A stretch of DNA of 64,000 bases from Balanoglossus misakiensis (Eukaryota > Animalia > Hemichordata). The notes below the pieces were generated by a model that was not told the DNA's origin, did not search any database, and saw nothing but the letters and a program-made list of their open reading frames with translations. Positions 53,315-64,000 of this stretch are shown here, in pieces. Where the stretch lies: assembly GCA_040954595.2 (NCBI GenBank), contig CM082581.2, forward strand, positions 5,882,699 to 5,946,698. The letters run 5' to 3'. The first letter of the stretch is position 1. Each line of letters begins with the position of its first letter. Both the position numbers and the translations under genes were made by a program.

Positions 53315-54493
53315 GTAAGTGTTGACATATCACGACCCTTTCATAGAGATTTGACGACATCGCGACAGGTTTTCGTAAACGCGTGTCATTGTTATCCCAG
53401 CAGATGATGGCACCCACGTACAGTGAACCTAGTCGGTCATTTATTCATGATGTAGCATATCCTGAAAGAAGATTTCGACTGAGAGGATCTAATAAGGAGA
53501 AAGTGGCCAGTGGGCGGGTCATTCTTCCGCGGTTCCTACACATCCGAGTCGCTGTTGTACTTCATTGATTTACATCCGCCAGACATCCCGCGCTCATCCA
53601 CCATTGCGTATCAGTGATGAGGGGTTTGGAAAATTTGGGAGCAAAGTATCTTTCCCCAGCTAATCTGTGTTATTCGCTCACACACTTCCTTAACTAATCT
53701 GCTACAGTGGCTTGGAAGCCAACACAAGCTTATATCCCCCAACCTGGGGGAAGGTTTACAATGTTTACAGAATATTTACAGTGTTTGTAGCATTGTACAT
53801 TTTGTTTACCAATATATTCATGAGCTGTTTTGCATATTTAAATTGAAATTTGTCATGGCAACAGTGAACCTGTCAATTGCTGCGTTTGTTTCTTGCAGCT
53901 GTTTGGCTGTACCCATGGAAACAGTTGCATCGGTTGCTTAGCAACCACAATATTCTTGTCTGTGGAAAAAAAATCATCTTTGGATTCATTCTCAAATTAT
54001 GCACACAAAAAAGGCAACTCCAAAACTGCCTGTAAAACGGGAAATTTTTGCGAACGATAAATTTTTGGAACTATACGCGAGATCACCCAAAAAGCAACAA
54101 TAATTCTTTCTGCAAAGGACTGTTTGAATCCAATGTCAATCAGATATGTTAAAATACCTTTGCAAGTGTAATTCTATGCATTTTGATGCATCTTTCTTTT
54201 CCAGAAAATCTGAACATTCTGAAATGTTTACTCCAAGTCAAAGCAGCGTATTAAGCTATACCAGTGAACCAATGACTGCCATTTCAGTGAAGAAACTTGC
54301 GTTCTCTACTATTAATATATATAATAGTCACTCACCATCATGTCAATATGGGGCGGATCACTCCAAATGGACTTCTGGTGTAGACGTCCTCATCCCTGAT
54401 GACGCCTGACCCCTGGTGACCTATGACATCATTCAGAAGTTCTCATCCCCTGCTGGAACTTAATTAATGGCACATTGTTCCTAGAAATTCAGG

Positions 54494-54545
54494 ATGTTCC
54501 AGTCTGAGCAGAGCCTCCAGAGTATGTACTCGGCATTTGAGGATG
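54494..54545 (+). CDS. Putative first coding exon MFQSEQSLQSMYSAFED of the unidentified plus-strand gene
   Basis: Acceptor ttgttcctag ending at 54484, ATG at 54494, open frame to a strong donor ATG|GTGAGT (phase 1). Protein family not recognised. Confidence 0.4.
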
Positions 54546-55234
54546 GTGAGTTTGAGACCTAGACACAACCAAGATCATAGTGTGTATTTGAGTGAGGCAC
54601 TTTACTTCTCATTGCTAATCTATCCGAAGCGACCCAAGGGAGGTTTAATGTACCTCATCTCGCCATTAAATTGTCTTTTCCCTCTTTTCATTTTTTGAAG
54701 GATAAAAGAATACATGATGCAAATATGAATGTACGTCCCACGTGAAGCAAAAATGACCAAAATAATGACACAAGAAAGTGACCCTTTCATCACCATTGTT
54801 TGGTCCAAACAATTGTTTCCTACATGGTAAGTTGAAGGACAATTAATGACTGTGATTAAATTCGCGTAAAAATGTTTTTCAGAGATACCGATGCAGAGAA
54901 ATATGAGAACGCAAAAATTAATCTTCACGTAACTGTTGCCTCGTTTGATATTGTGAAAATTTCCTGTAGCGTTTTACAGTAATGAGTATACATCTTCAAT
55001 TCAGTAATGGACACAGAGTGATCGAGCTCTGTGGTACAATGGAAATGAACTTGAAATGGAAGATGGAACAGGTAGATGTTTACAACCAAGACTGGATCAT
55101 GATCAGTGGATGATGTAAATTCACTCGTAACTTTCTGACTAAAAGAAGTGATTGCCTGAAGAATGTATCCGCAGCTCAGATGGGGCCCAGAAAGCAGAAC
55201 ATCATGCATTATTTGTTGGATCTTTTTTACTTAA

Positions 55235-55828
55235 AGCCCCAGTATTTCTCGTGTGTATCCATTTTTCATCATCGAAAAATGCCCGTTTTTCCTGTACATT
55301 CATCATGGAATACTACATAATGAAGATAGAAGAAAGGTTTGGGCAACTGTAGCTACGTGCAAGCTGTAAATATTGCCCGTAACACTTGAAATGATGCGCG
55401 GGTTTGTTTACAACGGAAATGTTGTACATGTCGATCAGCAAACGTGCCACTTTGACATTTTGATGGTCAGACCATTTTCGGATTTGATCTAGTTCCATCG
55501 ACTGATTTCTCCCATAAAGTTATCTTCCCAAAATTTCGCCGAATTAGTGCGCATTTCTTCGCTGAGTCGCTTGATTTGGGGCGACCAAACCTCTTCCGCA
55601 TAGATTCACATTTGAGTGCGCATGCGCACTAGTCACGTGTGTCAACACTCACGTGACTTTCTGTCCGGACAGAAAGTCATTCTTCACTCGTTATATTGTA
55701 AATTGTATGAGTTTATGAGCAGAGCTGGGGATGATGACTGTTCAATTCAGTATCAATTATCATCTACTTTTAGAAATTATAGATGCCGTTTCAAACAAAA
55801 TTTTGCCCCTACGAGAAATACTGGGGCT
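55235..55828. mobile_element. Second TTAA-flanked MITE of a different family
   Basis: TTAA|AGCCCCAGTATTTCTCGT ... ACGAGAAATACTGGGGCT|TTAA. Perfect 18-bp TIR. Confidence 0.87.
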
Positions 55829-56829
55829 TTAAGCAGGTAAGATTTGGTAAAACTGTCACTCAGATCTAGAAATCCCAGTACAATGTGTCTGTGATCTCCA
55901 GACTTAGAGAGACATGTATTTATGTACAGTAGCTTAGAGACGCTGCTAAAATGAAAATTCATAATCCCACCTCTACATGCATGTACCAGTTATGTTTATG
56001 AGGAGATTGCATCGTTCGCAGTTTCTGGTTACTCAAGGCGTGAGCTCGACTTCTTGGTTACCATGGCTACAATGCATACTTGATTGCCATCATTGTTACC
56101 GTGCAACAGCTGAGAGAGCACCAAAATTATTTCATCAGTAAATGTTAATGCTCAAAAAATCCGATGTAAAAAGTGAAGTTGTCGATTAAACAGACGTATT
56201 TGCTCGGTAAATTAGTCCTTTGAAGAAAATAAAATGATGTATGAATTTTTATTTCAGCACCCCAAAGTGCATTGTACTGAGAATATAAGTAGAAGCCTTG
56301 GGGGTACTATATTCTATGCAATATCCAAAGTGGTTTCTGCAGTGAGATATTGAGGCCAGTGTGAATGCCGTTTTATAGGTAATGACATATCTAGATGTGT
56401 ATATACATGGTATTGCATGATTATTAGTACCTGTATAAATACATAGCCAAAGGCCAGTGCTATTTTTGGTGGAAACTTCTGGGAATTTTGTTTATTGATG
56501 TCAGAGTTAAACTTTTGACAAATTACCAGTGTTAATGAACTGACTTACTGCACAAATTAATGGCAAAGAGCAGCTAAACCCATCACATTCAGTCTGGCTT
56601 TCAATTTGAATTTACCCATAATTCAGCATCGGTTGTAATTAAGATATGAATTAATTTTTATTCCCATTTTCCTGGAATCGTTGTCTCTTGTGTATGTTTT
56701 AATCACTCATCTTGAGACCTTACAACTTCAGCAATCACTGAATTTTTGATCATGATTTAAACACGTGCAAGCTGTGGTTATTAATTCTAACGTTCTTGAA
56801 GAGCTCACTTCAGAGTGACATAATTTTGA

Positions 56830-57039
56830 TTATTTTAGGTCATTTTGTGATTTATGTTGAAGGGAAGGAGTCGTGGCGGCATAACAGAATTTCAGACAAT
56901 TTTGCTCTTTTATTCCAAATTTTGCACAGTGCCCGTTAATTTTTATTCTCAATTTTGAGAGAAAATAATCTAAAGTTGCCGTGAGCAAGATATCATAATA
57001 TTTGTTAGACTTTGACATTTGAGGTACGTGCTACCTTAA
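56830..57039. mobile_element. Decayed right end of the same TTAA-ended repeat family
   Basis: Ends GAGGTACGTGCTACCTTAA, an inverted match to the terminus at 2713. Left boundary approximate. Confidence 0.4.
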
Positions 57040-60000
57040 TGTTCTTTGTGGGGACTGTTGTAACCAATCAGGGGCAATGTCCATGTCCGCGTACTTTGAG
57101 TCGTTAAGGATACTCTAAGCAAATCTTGCACTTGATCACATTGATTGGAGGTAGTGTGTGTGGATTGTTTTGCCTGAATAGCTTCCTGTTTTTCTCGATT
57201 TTACGCTATCTAACTAGAGTGTACTGGTATATGTGACCTCGTAAGGAGGCTTTCCGGCTTGTCAAATCCAGCACTCATGAATAAATTGAAATTACACTTG
57301 AAATTGTTCAATATCTCCCAGAATTTTATTTGATATTTCAATCTGCCGTAAAATTATAACAAGTTTCCTATGTAGCACACACTTATCCACAATTTGTGCC
57401 CATCAGGGGCAATTTGTAGATCTATGCATGAGGCCAATCAGGACAATATTTGGTAGATTTGTTACCACCCATACAGAGTGCAGAGCATTTCAACTGCCTG
57501 TGCCGCATTCATTAGGGTAATGTGTAAATTAGCCAATTTTACTATTATAATATAGTAAAATTGGACAATTGGATAATGATACTTTGTGATGTAACACAAT
57601 TGCAAAATTGTACATGTGTTCATTTGATTTTATTGAAAAAAAAATTCCCAAAAATTGAAGTCAGGAGAACATATCAGAAAGTGACATATTTAATCCACTG
57701 CACAACTAACCCTGCTTATAGTGCTCAGGAATTATCAATGCGAATTATGACGCATTTGTCTCTGGGTAACACGGCATGTATACAATGTACATGTATAGCA
57801 TAGGTGTATGCCAAACACAATACCATTTCCACATACATGAATGTGAATAAACTATTTTACGAGGCCAGCAGAATGTATTTTGTTTAAGGCTCTCTCAATG
57901 ATAACTTCAACATGATTGACTCCCTGCATAATCCAATGTTCAATATGAAGGGTAATCTCATGCTTATCCAAAGCCTGCCCTAAAACTACTGTAAAGAAAA
58001 GCAAGGTTTGCTTTGATGCCAATTACAAATTAACTAGATGAGTTTTATTGTGTCGGAGTGAGAATTAAAATAAATGCCTTCTCTTCCCAAACGAAAATCT
58101 ATGCTGCAGGCTGCACTTACTACATTTGCAATATTTACCAGTAAGCAGATCTTGACATTCACATTCGTTCCTAGCTACTTTAGCCATTATGCCTAATGGC
58201 CCAGATAATACAGGAAAATCTAGAATGAATTCACTTTAAATGACATCAAAATAACAAGACATGACTCTTGGCGATAAAGTTTAGATACATCACTATAAAT
58301 ATGTGAACTTTAATGGAAACAAGGTTTTGTACCATCATGGATTCCCTTTGGCATATTTCAAAAAGGTCTGCGACCTCTCCCTCGAAAAGGAGCTCACTGG
58401 GACAGTGAAAATTATGGTTCAGATAAATTGCTGTTGCAAGCAGTTGAAACATTCCTCTTCAGGGGTACCTGGCTGGGGTAAAGCATTTTGAGAAAATAAA
58501 GGTCTTAAAACAAAAAGACAGATCATATCAGAATGCCTTGGTTGTCTCAGTACTACCAATAACATTGACAATAGAAAGAGACTACTGTCTTTCACTGTAT
58601 GGTACATTACTGCCCAGAAGCTTCACTTTGTCGATTTTCACCTGTGGTGGCAGCATAACAGCTAACAGTCATGTCAATATGTTTGAATCAACAGAGTGCA
58701 AATTTTTGCAATGGTGTATGTAATTTAGAATGTTCAGTGGTTTCTGTTCTGTCAGAGAAAATATATCTAGTCCTTCAAACTTTTCAATTCTTTGCTTCAT
58801 TAAAGATTGTAAGACTTCTAATATTTACTTTTAAAGAATTAAGAAAATAGGTATGTGTTCTCCATCTTCTCTCAGTCAAAATTTTGCAGGGTGAACCCCC
58901 TATTTTTTATTCCCTAAATTTCCAATGAGCAAAATATGAAAAGATTTTCAAGGTGCATTTTACCTTTTTAATAGTAAGAGGTGTTTACCAGTGGCGCTGT
59001 CAGCACAAATTGTACTGTTTGTTTTATTCTCTAACTGTTTTATTCCATTCACTTACCTCACAATTGATGACTTCACTTTACTGGGCAACACTCAAGTGCT
59101 ATACTTCTGAAGTGTTATGATTTTCAGCCCATTGGTCACTTGGAATTCACAGCACGTTCAGTATTTCATTTTTAACACACTTATCTGACCAAACAGTGTT
59201 CCTTATTACTTAAGCATCTGACACCCCCCCCCCCCCCTAGGCGCATGTTAGACCAGTACCATTTCATACAATGTATTCTCTCTCTAGAGATTGCATATCC
59301 ACTTCTCATCACCACTGGCGAAGTTAGTCAGCATTAGTTCATTTTGGTGATTTACCCGCATTTTACTACGTAGTAACATACAACATTTCCGGTGAAATGC
59401 ACAGCTTGTCCACGTTCCCCTGTTGTTGTTGCATGCTGTTATTTGTAATTCACAGAGTGTGAGGCGTGGTGTGCAAGGAAGTGGGGTTAAAGGGTGGGGA
59501 GCTGCTTTCAGAGTTAAACAAACATGAAAAATCCTGGCTAGTGAAATCACCTGACATAACTCTGTTGTTAAGTATACTGTTGTGTGCCACAGAAGACGTG
59601 ATCAGTATCAACAAGTACGAACACGGCCACCAAAGGCAACTTTTATTTCTCAACTCAGTGATAATGATAACATTATATTGTTCATAACAAAAAAAAATTT
59701 GCAGTTACACCTGTCTGTTGAGACCAACCTCAGTCATCAAAAATGTCCATAACAATTAACATGGTGGTTATAGAAAATCTATGGATCAGTACAGTATACA
59801 TGTACATTTGTAAGCAATGTCATTTCACTGAACTGCCAGTGTGTTACTTCGTTATAAATTATTCAAATCCGTATTAGAATATGTAGTCACTAAGTGCTAG
59901 TCTTAAAGTGCACATCTTTAAAAAATCAACTTTTTATCATATATACTAGGTCTTGCAGTTGATTGGCAACTACCTGGTGAAGGTATATGTGTATAGTTGT

Positions 60001-61142
60001 TCCTAGGAAATCAAATGGTGAACACCAAGACAACACTTTGCCTGACCAATACAGCTTCCAGATAGATATGATTAATTCTTCAATATGATGATTTTATTAA
60101 AATGGCGATCCTTGAAAGAAGTATTTGAAACTAAAATAATAATATCAAACGGAAAAGGTGGTAGTTTAGAGAATGAATTTAGAAGTCATCTCACTGTACC
60201 CTGTATGTGGTAAAGTAATTGAGCTGTTTTCGTGAGCAAACTGATGTTTTTTTACCTTAAAACCCGGAAAATAATGCATCAAAATGACATTTAAATTTTG
60301 AAATTATGTCCAGACATTGGGAGTTTCTAAATTGTAGGTCGCCAAGAAATGAAATGTCAACTCTAATACATCTCGTATCTGTGTAATTTGATATAGGAAA
60401 TAAAAATAAAATTGGATGACATTATCGTCGTTAAAATCAAATTTGAAAACATGCTGTTTACCACAATATTTTCTAGTGCGTTAAATTTCTAAAATATAGA
60501 CTGCGAGATGGTGGTAGCAGACTGAGTAATTAGAAGACCTCATCAGACCTATTATTTCGTAAATTTAATTACATCTTTAGGTAACTGAATATAGACAGCT
60601 TGATGGTATCACATGCCACTATGCTAGAAATAAATCTGGACTACATTCGTATCGTTGAAACTCAATATGTCGTGCAAAGCAGAATTTTGCGTTTACGGTA
60701 GATATCAGGGCAAATGATGACCCTAATGATGTATGCACAGATGATGATCGAGCCTCCCTGAGTGAACTGTACGACCAATTATTCGAAAAATAGAAATTAG
60801 ACTGCATGTCGTCTTGGACTGCAGGAGTAGAACAGTTTACTTTGGAAAAGGTTTATTAATTTTTTTCGCTGAAATTTGCATAACTTCGTATATCTTAATT
60901 AATTCGGTTTATCCTCTGCCTCTTATGGGTTGCCATGGTGTGATTAGTTTTTCTGGCTGTCTGATTGAATTTGTCACGGTTCTTGCAATTACCCCGAGGT
61001 CACACACTTGAGAGATGTCAAGTCAGATTTCGTAGATTTGGCTAGTATGTACGCTTATCTCATCTTATGATCTGAGTATTCAAGGAAACTTTAGCGCCGC
61101 TTTTCGGAGAAGCGTAATTCATCGCTCGATTCTGATTTTCAG

Positions 61143-61589
61143 ATGCCGGTGATGTTGTCTGCGATAAGAATCTGCAAACGTTAATTCAAGTGAGTGTTTT
61201 GCGGTTGCTGGTCACCGGGCGGCGGCCATGCGGAGTATCTAGGATGCACCGAAGGATATATATCACGCGAGCTAGCGGAGCAGAAAACGAAGCGTAAACC
61301 TAAGCACCCCCCAGGGCACAATGGAATCGCCCGCCTCGGCATTCTTCTCCGAGGGGTTCGTTCACACTCTCGCAGCAAGTTTGGCACAGACATGTGATAA
61401 CACAGGACTCTGTGTGTTCAAGCAACACCCAGCTCTACAGATTTGTCACTTGTCTACAGTGGTTTGTTTGTGTTTTACACCAGGCTCAAATTTCAACAGG
61501 AGAGTCCTCTCCCGCACAGAAGACTTTTTCCGTCAGTTTCTCCAGTTCCCGGCAGAATGTGTAACAACCAAGAAAGCGACCCGAATCAG
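61143..61589 (+). other. CpG-rich block with candidate exons (61143-61189 and 61500-61589) or an alternative promoter of the plus-strand gene
   Basis: ttttcag|ATGCC...TTCAA|GTGAGT and tttcaacag|GAGAGT...AATCAG|GTAGGA. Phases are compatible with the 54494-54545 exon, giving ...FEDDAGDVVCDKNLQTLIQESPLPHRRLFPSVSPVPGRMCNNQESDPNQ. No homology recognised. Confidence 0.3.
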
Positions 61590-64000
61590 GTAGGATATAT
61601 TTTATTTCATTTGAAAATAATTTTTTTACAATTTTTTTACACCCATGACATCTGTTCTAGTTTTTGAAGGTTGACAAGTTTTTAAACCAAGATTACTCTG
61701 CTCCCCTTTATTGTCATGGCAAGTTTGCAGGTTTATATTCAAAACTGGCTACAGGTATGTATGCAGTGAAGTTGGTACTTGTTGGCAGAGAAGTCTTATA
61801 AACCACCGTTATCTGTGATTTATTGAATGTGTCGATATTTGTTATTTATGATGATTACAGGTACATGTACCTTGGTTGAAAAGCATAAAAACAGGTTTAT
61901 CTTTGAGAAATATAAGAGCCAAAACTTGGCTCGACATTAACTGTATCATGGGAGTTTGGTACATTTTCGCAAGGGAACTATAAAAGTGTTTGGTATTTTG
62001 GAGGCAATTTTTATATACTATTGACCTTAAGTGTCCTGGGACTGAAGAATTATTTTAGGTTTCTGGTAAAATAATTTGCTTTTTTTGCAACAACAAGAAT
62101 TGTTGAACCGCTTGAAGATTTGACTACACATATATGTTTGCTAGGCTGTTGGCAACATTCATGCACAGAGCAATCTTTCATGCACGATCAGTTATGTCAG
62201 CGCAAGGCCATTTCACTCGCGAAATGCGTCTTAAACTCTGAAATGAGAGTTTTTCCACACTTGTACACACAGGTGATTAAGCACACAAGATAATTCTTCA
62301 GGAAATAACGACTAAACACTTCTATCACGGACTGAACGGAACCATTGTTTGTGAACTTATTTAAATAAAAAGTCTGGCTTTGCATGTAATAATGCGAAGC
62401 TTGAAAATATATAAAAAATGTACTTTTTCCCTTGAAAATGTTAAATAGGAGCAACAGATTATACATGAGATAATGTGTGAGTTTATTTGACCGTCCTTGA
62501 AGAAGATTGATGTGAATTACACTCCACAGGCCCCGCGGTTGATATCATCGTGTGTAATTCTGTCAAATTCAGGTTTATTAGGAAGCTATAAAACAAAGCA
62601 GACATCAAAGTAATGTGTGCAATGGCCAGAACGCTCAATCTTGGCTTTTATGAGCCAACTCAATTGCTTGTTGTGTTATCTGATCTGATGTGATTTTTAG
62701 CTAGGCAATGGTTGATGCATTGCCCAGCTATGGGGGAGGTCTGATAATCTTCAAGTATCTAGGAAACCATGCGCCAATAATTCCTGCTTTGATTGGTAAT
62801 ATACTTAGACTCACATTCATGTGTGTAATGATATAACTTGTTGCTATGGTGACACAATGTGAATGCAATGTGAATCAGCCATATTTCTGTAAAAATTAAT
62901 GGAAATTTGTTTTCTTTCATTCTTTGTAATAATGTTCATATAATACATCAATGTAATAACAAAGAAGATTGTATGTCAGACTCAACAGGTTTTTAGAATT
63001 TTGCAATTTTTTTTGTAAATGGCCCATTACTGGTAATTAGTTTTCCATGAAACATTCCGACAAGTTTCAGATTTCTGAAGAAATTCAACTGTGTTTATTG
63101 GTTGGTCTTTGCAGAAATGGACTTTTTTTAACTTGGGCATTTAGGGGGTTTGATTGCTGTTGCTGTTTATGTGCGTCTGTCTGGTTGCAAGTGTGGTAGA
63201 GGTTTTTTTTTCCAGTACAACTTTTAACAGAAAAGATATCAAAGATATGAGAAGTCAAGCTTGGTGTACAGTAGTTCTCTCTCACCAAACTGAATGTAAA
63301 AGTCGAATTTAATGCCAGCAGGATGTGTTTGTATTGACCCGGTAAATAAATAGATGATGGGTGATTACAATTTGTCTGCATGAACTGAACAAACATGTGA
63401 AACAGATCATAACACTTACACATGTACAATGCAAGTATAATAAAAATTTGATATCACAGTTTAAAAGGTTGCATAAGAAAAGTGAAAGCTCGGTTATTGT
63501 TATAATCCCAGAGGTGAAATTAGTTTTTGAACTTACTCAAATGAACCAAAATCAACTTATTCCTTATTAACAATGCACAGTTTATATGAACCTTCACCAA
63601 CCTGATGAGGCTTTCCTATATCTGAACCCATAAAAAGTCCAAAATCAAGTTCTGCCATTTTTCAAATACCCCTTTTCTGATTGCAAACATTGAAATCATA
63701 GCAACAAAAGGCTGTCTTGCTACCAAGTCATGAGATTAAATTACAGGAAATAAAATAAAAGGTAAAGTAAACACGCCGATTATTAAATTTTTGTAAATTT
63801 CTGCGGCAAACATTGTAAAATACAGATGTTATAGGCAGGCTTGGTTGCAATGAGGGGACAGGTGCTCTTTGTGTGCACATGGCTTTGAAGGTTGGATCTT
63901 CAGGAACTTGGCAACAGCCAAGTTGACTATGTGAAGTTGTTACCGCTTTGCTGACTGGCAATTCCATGTTTATTTAGAATGGTTACCCTGGGAAGATCAG

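Overview
Eukaryotic, AT-rich, intron-containing DNA from an invertebrate animal. Gene and repeat style suggest an invertebrate deuterostome such as a hemichordate, which is an inference only. The ORF track misses most of the real content. Reading splice sites by hand gives two complete tandem 12-exon sideroflexin-5-like genes on the minus strand (36803->32447, 332 aa; 31300->21017, 333 aa). There is also an intronless ASMT/ASMTL-type O-methyltransferase (39246->38215) lying head-to-head with an intronless biogenic-amine GPCR (45300-46451, octopamine-beta/D1-like, with DRY changed to DKY). The probable 5' ends of two unidentified genes lie near 860 (minus) and from about 53.2 kb (plus). The first ~20 kb is non-coding and rich in CRE and TGCCA motifs. 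Repeats include a solo LTR with a 4-bp TSD, two TTAA-flanked MITEs, a ~116-bp minisatellite built from promoter motifs, tandem duplications upstream of two adjacent genes, and microsatellites. The best leads are the motif-divergent second sideroflexin and the methyltransferase/amine-receptor pair. Neither is proven novel from sequence alone.
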